In this document: positions 12,843 through 25,475 of the stretch, piece after piece | Numbering within the stretch: position 1 is the first letter of the stretch | Layout: each line of letters starts with the position of its first letter | Assembly: GCF_009914755.1 (NCBI RefSeq) | Contig: NC_060928.1 | Strand: one strand, 5' to 3' | Length of the DNA stretch: 64,000 bases | Source: the human T2T-CHM13v2.0 reference genome, Homo sapiens | Notes under the pieces: model-generated | What the model saw: the letters and a program-made list of their open reading frames with translations, nothing else | The model's database searches: none | What the model was told of the DNA's origin: nothing | Position numbers and translations under genes: made by a program

Positions 12843-15800
12843 AATTCCCCCTCTGAAGAGGTACATCTAATTGCCATTAGGATAAGGACAGTGACAGATC
12901 TTAACTGCTTCCTGCTGACAGGGGTCACCATTTTGGGAAGATGGGAAGTAATTTCTCCTCAGAGGCCTATCTAACGGTCCCCAGTAAAAGGGAGCCATCA
13001 TCCAAGGCTCCAGTTGCATGACTGTTTGGAGTTCGATGGCCTGAAGGTGAGAAGAGACAAATCGGGTTATTAGAAGTTATGTATCAAAATGAAACAAGGG
13101 GATAAAAACAGTTAAAATATCCAGAAGCTGCTGGCACACACAGATAACTGGTGGCTATTAGCTATGCCTGCTAAGATTTGGGTGCATGAGGCTTGGCTTT
13201 GGTTAGCTCCAATTTGTTCTTATTTTCCCATCAAAGAAACCTAGGGTTATGAGCACCCTCTGCTATCACCTGGCAGGATTTGCAGGATAATTGCCCAGAA
13301 CTAGAATATTAATCCAGATTTTGATGTTGCCCATCACTTTTGTTTCCTCTGAACTGCAGCCAGAGATCACTGGTTGGTTCACAGGAACAAGCAAAGTTAG
13401 TTTAAAATGCAGACAAAAACTTAAAACACAACTAAAGAGACTAGAATTTAATGGCAAGTGTATAATAAGTTTTGAAACATCATTTTCTCTCTTCAATACT
13501 CATTTTTGTTAAAAACAAATCATAATAGGACTGAATTGTTGGCAAAATAAACTTTGATCTTATACTTGGCCTGATTATAAGCATAAAGTGCAGCAAGAAA
13601 AATTATTTTCACATAGGCTTTTCTAAATTGGCTTCGATAAAACTTTGTTACAGAAGGAATCTCAGATAAGATTTTTTAAAACCCAAGTTCAGTCATGAGT
13701 TTATATCCTCAAATACCTATGAGTTGGGTAAATTCCTCTCTGTCTGAGGTCCCAAGATAACTTGGGGATTGTTGGCCTGTTAGAAAGTGACATTCTTTAC
13801 ACATCACAGATTAGAAACCCTGTACGGGGACTGAGTGAACAAGGTATAAGGCCAGTTTTCCTAATGGGATTTTATTGGCTCTGCAAATCAAGTTTGATTC
13901 TGTAAAGGAAAGCATGCCATTCCAGTGAAAGCCTTTGTAAAACAACCAGTTTTTCTAATTGTGTCTTGCTGAAAAAAAAAAAAAAAAAAAGGATTTTTAT
14001 TGCACTCATGCAAATAACTATATTACTGTAAGTTAAGAATACTCACAAATAGTTTCCAAATTCTAGAGAAACCAGGCAGAGAAACAAGTAAGCTCCAAAT
14101 TTTGTTCACAGGAGTGTAACTTACTCAATTATTAAAAGCTGCAAATAGTTCAAAAGTTTTCTTGACTCAACTGTCAGCAATATTTTAAACAAAGTCAAAA
14201 AGATTTCCTCATTCTCCTACTAGTTCATTCCATGCAGTTAACTCCTGTCCTATTTGATATTCACAAACATTTTAGCTCTTTAAGAGTCCTGAATATTTTT
14301 CCTTTATTTCAATGTCACAATCTCTGAATGTATTAGAAACCTGCTTTTATAAGCACCTATCAAAATCATATAGTTGATTATAAACCATATTTTGAAGATA
14401 ATCAAAGCAAGACAACAATTGTCTATGAATGACAAAATGTCCAGGGTAGTTACATTCAAAATTACAATTGGCAAAAAAATTTGGTAATTTGTGGGGTTTA
14501 TAATAACTTAGCATAATTACTTCATGATTGATACTGTATCTTCAGACATTAGAATTTTAGAAATCCCATATAATTTTGGAAAATGTATTAATATTGTTAA
14601 TTATAATATAATCTAAAGAGGATTCAACTTTATTTTTATTTTGCAATCCCATTTCACTAAACATGTCAAATAATCCTGTTTACCTCTCTTTTGGATTCTC
14701 CAGGGGCCCTCTTTAGCAACCAAAATTTAGGGGCCAGGAAAGACAACATTTGAAGCTGAAATTTGATTTTGGGAAGACTATTAAATAAGTTAGAGGTTTA
14801 AAACACTTGATATTATGAAATAGAATTCCAAATTACAAAAGTCATTTATTTAGCCAAAATGATGACTCAAAAATTTTAAAACAAGGCAAAATCCTTTACT
14901 CATTATGAGGGAAGTTTTAGCTTTCCAAACAAGCTATCTCTTGTCTTCTCTCTCTCTTTTTGGTAGTTTATTTGCAAGGCAAACAAAAATATTTTATTAT
15001 CCTTTACTATTACATAAAATTCTTGTACAAGGGAGAGAAAGCCAAATTTTACCCTCCCATTAGTTTATTAGTAATGTTAACCCCAATCTTATAACAAAAC
15101 CTTACAGATAATTCTATCTAATCTCAGGCAGTTTGACCATGAGGTGAGATTCTTATAAACTTTTTTATAACAATTACTAATTTTTGTTAAAGAGCAGATC
15201 GGTGCCTTAAGAAAATCTTGTTGTGATTTTATTTCAATTTTCAATTTAGAGGAAAACCAAATCATATCCTTTTGAATTTAATCAATATGTTCACATACAG
15301 AATTTCTTTTACAAGATTAATTTTTGTAAACCTCCTATGACTTGTTTAAATCTTTCACTTTATCTTATCTAATTTAAAACCATCCTTTAGCTCTCTAAGC
15401 TTGGCAAAAATTTCTATCCCCATGCCTTCTTATAATCTTTAACTAAAAACACATTTTACTTTCCTTACACACATTGTATGTAAATCTATTTTTAGTAGTC
15501 TCAATTACATGTTATAATGGTAACCCTTAGCAATTTTTAATTATAATGTAAAACTTGGTAAGTTATTTAATTACATACTAAGCTCAGATAAGGTCTAACT
15601 CTTTCCAGCATTGTTGGGGTGTGGTTAACTCCATATGCCCCAGGCCCTACCAAACTGTAAAGCAGGCAGTTTGAACAATTTTCAAAAGGCAAAGAAGCTG
15701 TTTTTAACTTTAAAGCATTTAGCAAGCCCGGTATCTGACCTTCAAAATTTAGACCACATGTTTACATCTGAAAACATTTGTATTTAAAATAGCTTTTATT

Positions 15801-18798
15801 TCTCAAAGTTTAAAGACACTTTAACTAAAAGGTATTACAGCTCTTATTTTTCCTTCAAAAAATATTTGATCTAAATTCTTATTTTCTTTAAGTCAACTAA
15901 TTAAAGCTCTTTTTTACATAAACATTACACACATAACACATATAACTACACAGACAGAAAGAAGATTCAGTAGTTGTAAGATTTTTCAATTGCCAATCTC
16001 TTATCAGCCTCAGGGTAAAGCCCTTCAAGAAACAGGGCTAGGAAAGCATAAAATGTCCAGGGCCTAATAAGCAGATACAGCTGGAAGACAAAAACAGATT
16101 TTGAGAGGGATTTATCTGCTTTTAATTCTTGGGATTCCATGAGGAAAACAGAGGTTTTCCCAAAAATGAGGTCTGTGGTGCCTCCTCTGTTTTTCCCAAA
16201 ATGTCCCACACTCTCAGAAGTTACCTTAGGGCCTCTCACGTGTGCATTAAGTGTGGCAAGACAGAATTGGAAAAATAATTCAGTTGACTGAGAAGAACCA
16301 AACCTTTTTCCAGCAAAACAAGATCCAAGAAGAGAGAGAAAAAAATAAACCGTTTAAATATACCTATACCTTCGGTATCCATTTTTGATTAAGTTGACTT
16401 TTAACCATAGCACTCTTTTAAAAAAAAGTCTTTTAAACCCTTTATTACCCGACTTTAGCTAAGCCAAGTGGCCAATATTTCTGGCTTTTGAACTTTACCA
16501 AAAGTAAGTTCACAGGTGAAACTAACAAGCCTCAACTAAGGTTATGATTTAACCACAAGTGTACAAGGTATTTTCAAGGAGGTGGTAAGTAGTTTTTACA
16601 AAATCTATAATATTTAAAGATAGCTCAGAGAAAAGACGATTAAAGAAAGGAAGCTAGATATTGTTCATAGAGGGGAAGAGAATCAGCAAATGGTCAAAGT
16701 CACACAGATATTAACCAGAAAGTACTCATTCCCTAAGCCAGGACTGAACCTGGATTGCCATTGTATAATGAAAGAGAACAAAAGAAAGAACTGCCACATG
16801 GCTAAAGGTCAAGGTCCCAAAGAGATAAAACAAAATGGAGACCTCATCCAGTTTTGTTTTACAATTCTTTTTTTTTTTTTTCTTCAGAAACCTGTAGCAA
16901 AGTTTGCTACTGACCAGTTTTCTGTGATGGCTTAAACAGTGGGCTTATGGGGTCCTAGGCCAGCATTCTATCCTAAGATAGCCCTCTTTCTGATAGAAAG
17001 ATATAAAAAGACAAATTTCTAGTACAACAGATTTGCTATAGCTTAAGACTAACCTTACAAATCCTTTTTCCGTTAATCAAAATTTTACACAGAGAATATA
17101 AACTGATTTTTACCATTCATTCTACAGGTTTGCACAGGGAGGGAGAGGGAGGCCAGAAGTCTAACTATTAAAAAAGAAACATTTGTCCTTTTACTTGCAT
17201 GTCAGAGTTCTGGGTTCCCTTCTCTTGAGCTATGGAGCCCTCTTGACCCTGGCGTCCTGTAAAGGGGGAGCAGACAAAGAGTTTATTCGCCTACTGTAAA
17301 AGTTGTCCATCCTCAAGAGATTTGCTCTGTTAGATCTGTAATTTCTTCCCAGTTCATTTTTATGCCAAAGATTTTAAGGTTTGGGGAAATTAAACCTTTC
17401 CTAGTTTGGGGATGCATCCCAGGGGAGTGTCCTATGGTATGAAGATGTGATTACCCAGCTGTGAAGAGAGGACAGAGGAGAAAATGGGGAAAAGAAGGCT
17501 TTTTTTTTTTCAGTGGAGTCTCAGTGATTCAGGATGCACTTGAGAGAAGCACAGACTGAAGATAGTTGGTTACCCATCTGGAAGAGGGAAAAAAGACGTC
17601 CCTTCATTTCTTTCTCTTCCCAGCAAATACCCAGGGTATGTGAGGGAGATAAAAAAAAAAAGGCATCCCCTTTTTTTCTTTCATCCTTATATCCCTGCAT
17701 CCCAGTGAACTTGGCAGTTGCCACCCCTGGGTGCCAATGCAGCTTTCTCTGATGTAACAGTGATGCCTAGAGGGTAGCAATTATCCACACTCACCTACAC
17801 ACTGGCCTATCCTCCCTGTTGTTGGTAACCTTATCTATGCCAGGGTTATGGACATGACCTATCCATCCATGAAACAGGGTAGGAAGGGCTAGTTGGGCAG
17901 AAATTAGTCATGCTACCTGCACTATGCCCCTTGACTTCCGTCGTTGCCCACCTCTGGGTCCCTCGGATACAATTTTCCTTTCTAGGGCTTCAACTTGAAG
18001 TTTGGAATTGAGTTTGGGACAAAAAGTTGCCTCAGAAGGGTGCATAGACATATTAAGTTAAGTTCCAGGTGGCTTTCTCCAAATTTGCAGCCAGTAGCCA
18101 GTGGGGCCACTTCTTCACTGCTTTCTTATCAGAAGCAGAGTGCTAAGGTGAAGCTGTGGAACTGGGTCTTCCCCAAACAAGGCCTAGTAAGATGCCTTCC
18201 AAAAGGAAAATAAAACTCTCACATAGAAAAGCACCCTGTATTTGCAGGGCTGAGTTAACTCTTGACAATGTGAAGAAAAGAAAAAAAGTGCCTGTGGGAA
18301 AAAGCCTCTTGCTCTTTTACAAATGGGTTCCATCAACAGGAAAACAAAACAAAACAAAACACTTCCAATCACTGCTTTTTCCCTGCTTCTAAGAATAGCT
18401 AGAAACCATATTGTTCTGAATTACGTTTTTGATGACTGGGCCAAGTGCCCGTTCTACCCAGTAATATCTCTGTAGTTTGCAACAACATTCTTAACATTGT
18501 AAAAGAGAAGATAGGCACCATTACAGCCCCCAAAAGAAGAAGAAAAATGCCATAGAAAAGTCTGGATTGGTAGAAAACCAACATTCCCAACCCCTGAGAG
18601 TGGTGGGGGTAGGGAGGTCCCCTTCTGCATCCTGTCCTCTGTAGCTGTGCTGTTCAATTCACTCTTAACTGACTAACCAGAAGTTCAGTGCTTCATCTGC
18701 CTTCAGAAAAATGTCTGAGGACAAGAAACTTCGGAAAAAAGTGAAGAGTCTTGGTCTGCATTTAACCACCCTTCAGGGATCATGGACAAGCCCCCAGA
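12843..18798 (-). mobile_element. Non-autonomous ERV1 (MER4-group) internal region with gag stub, env tail stub and no recognisable pol
   Basis: PBS at 18779-18796; MGNQLSSVCASLKCILNH gag-MA start at 17577; env cytoplasmic-tail codons at 13076-12960; PPT at ~12843-12854. Confidence 0.8.
18779..18796 (-). promoter_or_regulatory. Retroviral primer-binding site complementary to tRNA-Pro
   Basis: Minus strand reads TGGGGGCTTGTCCATGAT versus canonical PBS-Pro TGGGGGCTCGTCCGGGAT (15/18). Confidence 0.85.
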
Positions 18799-20494
18799 GA
18801 ATATCACTTTTTGATATGTGTCCTGCTAGCAAGTACAAATATTAAATTTAAGAGCATTGAACATTTTCAAGATGTAGTTCACAGTTTATAAACCATTAGT
18901 TCATTATCATCCAATTCCCTCATTCCTTAAATTCTTCTGCTGTCTCCTGACTGACCATTTTCTGCTTCTGTAATTATTTGATTCTTTCCATCTAGTCTTA
19001 GATCAGTTATGCTTTGACCTTCATAATTCTTCTCAGAAATATATGGCACCACCAACTTTTCCTTTTCTTTAAATCTCTGTTTTACCTGGAGACAGATGTG
19101 CATGTGCATACATAATACATTTTGGACTAACGTTCCTTGATAGCTTTTTTTTCTTACTGCTCAATAACGTTATACTGCTCTATTTTACAGGAAGCAGAAA
19201 ATTTTATGAGTTCAATTTAGTTTGCATTCCAAAGCAGTAAGTAAAACTGTGAATTTGCTCCATTTGCTTACAAATAAGCAATTTATGGCTTGAGTGAACT
19301 CTTTTAGTGATTACAGTTTACAGCAGGAAGACATGGTATTTAATATCTTAAAAAATAAACACACTGCTCATAAATTTAGGAAGTCATATGATAAATAACA
19401 TGAGAGCATTCATGTTGCAAAGGGACAAAGTCGTTTGCATCACACTAGAACAATTTATATGCAAGAATAATGAAACAGCTGGAGTGTTGTTATTACCCAT
19501 GGTGATGATCCTCTGTCTTACCCGGGTACCTCCCTGAAATAATAAGTTCTGCATTCTACCCAATTAATAAAAATCTTAAAGTATGTGATGGTGGTAGGAG
19601 TGAACTCTGTTTGAATTGTTCATATGAAAAGAATTATTTAAATACAATATCACAACAAGCAGAGTTTAATGTTCTAATAGAAAACAGCCCTGTTTTTACC
19701 TTCTGATATTTGATGGATATGTAAATTTGGAGAACAATAGCATATAGTAATTTGCATCTTGAAGGATGAGTTTAAAGAAAAACTTAAACACTTCAACTTC
19801 CTTAAGTTTTTTCACTTTTGATTTTTTTTTTCTAATTGCAAGTAAGCAACACATCTAGCTTCCAAAGATGAAATTATCTGTTAATTTTAAATATATGAGC
19901 TGTTTTTTAAAGTCTTACTGTGACTATAAACTTCTATTGTCTCAATGCAAATGGGATAAGGTGATTAAAGTGCTTTAGAAGGTATCTTAAAATTTTTAGT
20001 AATTTAGATTTAGTCCAGCATTGTAACAAAAATTGCTGGACAACTGCATTACTATTTTGTAAATTGTCAAAAAAGTATAAATCAAAAGAGATTCTACAAT
20101 AGCATCTCCACTGAGTGGATTTTTTATAAAGAAATGTAATATATGATACATTTTATTAGTCAAATTAATTTTGATATGGATGTAGCTGATATATTGGTAA
20201 TAATAAAACTGCATAATCTGTATATTCTTGAGTTACTTGTTACATAAGGCCACGGTCAACAAATGTCTAATACCTCAATGTCTGGTACGAATTTACAGCA
20301 TAAATTAATTCAAAATCACTTAACAGTCTAGGTACTTTAAATGCTGTAGGTCAAATGTATGTATAATCACAAAGACATTTCAAAAATATATTTTTCTCCA
20401 TGCTATGATTCTGAAGTAATAATTTTTGAATCTGAGGTATCTTTCAGATTATTTAATTTTAAAATACACCACCCTTTTCATATATTGTTTTTTA

Positions 20495-20805
20495 AATTAT
20501 TATTTTATTTTTATTATTTTAGAGATAGGGTCTCTGTCACCCAGGCTGGAATGTAGTGGCACAATCATAGCTGACTGCAGCCTTGAAATCCTGGGCTTAA
20601 GTGATTCTCCCACCTCAGCCTCCTGCATAGCTAGGATGACAGGTGCATACCACGATGTCTGAATATTATTTTTTTGATTTCTTTTATAGAGATGGAGTCT
20701 TGCTGTGTTGCCCAGTCTGGTGGTCAAACTTTCAGCCTCAAGCAATCTTCTTTCTTCTGCCTCTGGAAGCTCTGGAATTACAGGCATGAGCTGCTGCACC
20801 CAGTC
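20495..20805 (-). mobile_element. AluJ
   Basis: Diverged reverse Alu with J-type 'cacaatcatagctgactgcagccttgaaatcctgggcttaagtgat'. Confidence 0.9.
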
Positions 20806-21580
20806 CCTATTCATATACTTGTAACTTTATCTATCTGTCTTTTCAGCTAGTATTTATAATGGTTGGTAATAGATATATCACCACTCTTTTAAAAAAAATG
20901 GTCATTTGAAATCTAAGAATACTTTAGAATTAATCTCAATTTGGCAAGTGTTAATGTGAGTGGTTTTGTTGTTCCTTATACTGCTATACATTTTCATTAA
21001 AAACAAACAATCCAGGACCTTAAGTTTGTCTCAGTGTGTAGATAGACTTTTTCTTGCTCAACATTTACAGAGTTCACAAGAAGTCCTCTCCCCTGCCAGA
21101 ATATTTGTCCAATATTTACATAGTTCACAAGAACACCTCTTTCCTTCCCGAATATTAAACAAGCTTCTTTCAAGTTTAGGCCTCCTGACATACCATTTAT
21201 TGTGTGTAATGGAGTGGCAGAGCAAGACGTGTATTATTAGAGAGGCTGGTTAAAACTACTTTTCCAGATCCTTTTGTTTTTTCCTAGGAGAGATTCTGTC
21301 ATTTTATCTTTGTAAATTTTTTTGGCATCTTATAACCTTTACCATTAGCTCATAAGCACTCAAGATTATGGTGCATGGATTCCTCTCACTGATCCAAAAG
21401 AGTATTAAAATTAGAAAGCCAAGAATAAAGGATAAATAATATTTCAGACAGTCATATAATCTTTGACAAAGTTGGTAAAAATAAGTCATGGGGAAAAGGT
21501 CTCCCTATTCAATAAATGGTGCTGGAATAACCAGCTGGCCACATGCAGATGAATGAAACTGGTCCCCTACCTTTCACTAT

Positions 21581-21958
21581 TGCACTGGTTCATTCTCTCT
21601 TTGTTATAAAAAGCTGTCTGAGACTGGGTAATTTATAAAAGAAAGAGGTTTAATTTACTCACAATTCTGCATGGCTGGGGAGGCCTCAGGAAACTTACAA
21701 TCATGACAGAAGGGGAAGTAAACACATCCTTTTTCACATGGCAGCAGGAGAGAGAAATGCATAGTGAAGCATAGGAATGCCCCTTATAAAACCCTAAGGT
21801 CTCATAAGAACTCATTCACTATCATGAAAACAGCATAAGAGAAAAGCCCCCATGATCTAATCACCTCCCATTAGGTCCCTCCCCCAACATGTGTGGATTA
21901 TAATTCAGATTACAATTCAAGATGAGACTTTGAGTGGGGACACAGCTAAGTTATATCA
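21581..21958 (-). mobile_element. THE1 (THE1D-like) solo LTR nested in L1
   Basis: 'gactgggtaatttataaaagaaagaggtttaat...cctcaggaaacttacaatcatg'; TG...CA ends; 5-bp TSD actat (21576-21580) / accat (21959-21963). Confidence 0.9.
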
Positions 21959-22610
21959 ACCATATACAAAAATTAACCCAAGATGGATTAAAAGTCTAGT
22001 GGAAGACCTCAAAAATCCTAGAAGAAAATCTAGGCAACAACATTCTGGATATCAACCTTGGGAAATAACTTGTGACTAAGTCTTCAACAGCAATTGCAAC
22101 TAAAAAAAAAATCGACAAGTGTGACCTAATTAAAATAATGAGTTCTACACAGCACAATAAACTGTCAAGAGAATAAACAGACATTCTACAGAATGAAAAA
22201 AACTATTCACAAACTATGCCTCTGACAAGGTATTAATATCCAGAATTTATAAGGAAGTTAAACAAACCAACAAGCAACCCTCCCAAAACAAAACATTGAA
22301 AATGGTCAAAGAATATGAACAGGCACTTCTCAACAGAAGACATACAAGCAGCCAACAAACATATGAAAGAATTTTCAATATTACTAATCATCAGAGAAAT
22401 GCAAATCAAAACCACAGTGAGATACTATCTCACATCACCAGAATGGCTATTATTAAAAAGTAAAAAAAAAAAAATAGATACTGGAGAGGCTGTGAAGAAA
22501 ATAAAATACTTATGGATTGTTGGTTGAATGTAAATTATTTCACACACTGTGGTGACATATAGAGGTTAATCAAATAACTTAAAACAGAACTACCAATTTC
22601 ATTACTGGAT

Positions 22611-22686
<76 letters not shown>
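22611..22686. repeat. (TA)n(CA)n(TA)n compound microsatellite
   Basis: Seen directly inside the L1. Confidence 0.95.
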
Positions 22687-22687
<1 letters not shown>

Positions 22688-24986
22688 TTCTTCCAAAAAT
22701 ATTGATGCACTTGTATGTTCATCACAGCACTGTTCAAAATAGCAAGCACACAGAATCAACCTAGGTGCCCACTGATGGTGGATTGGATAAAGAAAATGTG
22801 GTACATATACTCCATGGAATACTATGCAGTCATGGAAAAGAATGAAATTATGTCCTTTGCAGCAACATGAATGAAGCTGGAGGCCATAAACCTAAGTGAA
22901 TTAACACAGGAACAGAAAACCAAATATCGTATGTTCTCACTTATAAGTAGGAGCTAAACATTGGGTACATGTGTACATAAAGATGGTAACAATAGACCCT
23001 AGAGAGGTCTGTCTGAGTTGAGAGGGTTGAAAAACTAAATAGTGGGTACCATGATCACTACGTGCATGATGGGGCCAATTGTACCCCAAAACCTCAGCAT
23101 CATGCAATATATAGCCATGTAAAATCCTGCACGTGTAACCTTTGAATCTAAAATAAAAGCAAAATTAAAATATTGACATATATTCCAAGTCAAGAGGACT
23201 GGCATTTGGCATGGGGTGGGTGTGGGAGGGGGAGTCAAGAAAAATTAAGGTGGAAAATTTAAAGCAAAATGATAAGGAGTCAAAATAGTGCATTTTTTCT
23301 ACTCCAATTGCTTATGTGAGGACCCAAGAATATAACTCCAGTTTGATAACCACACTGTCATTTATAATTTAATACAATCTAAAACAAAAATGTGATCAAC
23401 CACCTTTTTTTCAGGTATTGTGCTAATAACTGAGAATTTACTGGCAATAACACTTAATACAAACTTTCAAGGAACTATTGCTTACAATTACAAAAGCAGA
23501 GATTCAGAATACGTTTAAAGAAACACAATAATTAAGAGACATTGATAAAGTTCAAGGTGAATGCATTTGTAGTAGTTCTTGACTATGTTATGTTTCCAGA
23601 ACCTCTGCTGATTTTATTAACCCTGAATATGGTTAATGTTTGAAGCACTGGGACATGCATAGTATAGTCAGTTTTGGGCCCCTGAGGAAATATAAACAAT
23701 TAATAAAAGTAAAGTCTTCATTTATTTAATGTTGAAAAATATTAACTTGATTAGTTGTTGGAGAGCTTGTTGATATAACTTAGCAAATTTTGAGGGTTAA
23801 AGAGAAGTTATGGTTTAAGGAAAGGAGAAAGTATTCATATAGGTTCATGCCAATGATTCATGTAGATGTTTATTTTCTCAAAATCAGGTATAATAAAAAT
23901 AAAATAAAATAATTACAAAAAATATGTAGCATATTAGTCAATATGTTACTGCTATAAATGTAATTTTTTTAAAAAAATTAAATTAATTCATGTGGCTTAT
24001 AAGAAAGTTTGTATTTTATGTGATAATTATCTGTTGAAAAATGTTGCCAATACTTTTTTTACCAAGTTCAGATTTACTTATTCATTTTGACCTGAATCCT
24101 CAGAATGAAATGCAATATCTGTAGATGACATATCACACAAATGAGCAGAATAGATGTGAAAGACTTAATGATGAGCTGTAGAATTTAATACAGATATGAG
24201 ATATGAGATACATACTTTTAAAGGCTTCATTTCCTATTTGAGTATCGATAACACTGGAAAAAATAATTCTTCTTCATAATACAATTCCAAAATCTAATGA
24301 CTAGCTACTGCATACATGCTATACTTCTTGATATTGCACGTTATTTAAAATTGGATGTAGTATCTTTAGCAATCAGGGTAAGCCTAGGACTAGACAAGTC
24401 AGATTGATAAAATAGAAATGAATCAACACATTCTTATCTAGCAGATCATATGAGGACTTTCCTTATTATACCTCTCCCCTCTGATCTCTCGCTTAACTTC
24501 TTTCCAGAATTTAGTATTTATCAACATGGTCTTCAATCTCAGAATTGATCCACTTTTCTAAATTAAACCAATTTCTTGATGCCACTTATCTTTTAAAATA
24601 TGTGCCTTTCCTTATTCCAGGATTCCTCCAGGCCTGCCTAATAAACATAGCAGTAAAATAGTTATATGTGCTAATGAAAATGCAAATATATGCAACTATA
24701 TTGATTAAAGTCAGAGTTCTTACCTTCAAGGTTCTCATAATCTAGTGGGGAATCAAATAAATTAGCAGATAACTGCAATAGAGCATTAAAGAGACGTCAG
24801 AGCCTATCAGAGAACTGTCTTACATAATATGTCCATGATATACAAGGTTGAAGAGAGGTCCTAAGTATTTAAAAACATTTTCTTTTCTAATAATTATATT
24901 GTATATAATTATAATGTATGATTATAATGGATGTATGTATAATTATACATGTGTAATTATATTATACATGTAAAAATACATGTAGG

Positions 24987-25270
24987 AGCTGGGCACGGTG
25001 GCTCAAGCCTGTAATCCCAACACCTTGGGAGGACGAGGTGGGTAAATCACAAAGTCAAGCGTTCGAAACCAGCCTGGCCATCATGGTGAAACCCCATCTC
25101 TACTAAAAATACAAAAAAGTTAGCCTGGCGTGTTGGTATGTGCCTATAATCCCAGCTACTTAGGAGGCTGAGGCAGGAGAATCGCTTGTACCTAGGAGGC
25201 AGAGGTTGCAGTTAGCCAAGATCACGCCACTGCCTTCTAGCTTGGGCAAGAGAGTGAGACTCCACCTCAG

Positions 25271-25301
<31 letters not shown>
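24987..25301 (+). mobile_element. AluS (Sg-like) with 31-nt pure A tail
   Basis: Full dimer; A run at 25271-25301. Confidence 0.93.
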
Positions 25302-25302
<1 letters not shown>

Positions 25303-25304
25303 AT

Positions 25305-25475
25305 GTCAGCAACATTTATTGAACACTTACTGTGTGTTTAGCACTGTTATGAATGTTTTACATGGATTAACTTATAAGGGACTTAAAAGACAATTATACA
25401 CAGCTAATAGGTGGCAGAGTCAGGACTTCAACTTAGTGTAACTCCTGAGAATATGCTATTAATTATTATACTACA
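25305..25475 (-). mobile_element. MIR fragment
   Basis: 'aacatttattgaacacttactgtgtg...cagctaataggtggcagagtcaggacttcaac'. Confidence 0.65.

Larger units (their letters stand above)
21405..23170 (+). mobile_element. L1PB/L1MA-age L1 3' portion (ORF2 C-terminus + 3'UTR), interrupted by THE1
   Basis: ORF 22315-22527 '[18 protein letters not shown]...[13 protein letters not shown]' is the L1 ORF2 C-terminus. Ends 'cctgcacgtgtaacctttgaatctaaaataaaa'. Confidence 0.9.

Noticed and set aside
24890-24985. 16-bp palindrome atgtataattatacat in a TA-rich tract
   Set aside because: Expected in low-complexity TA-rich sequence.
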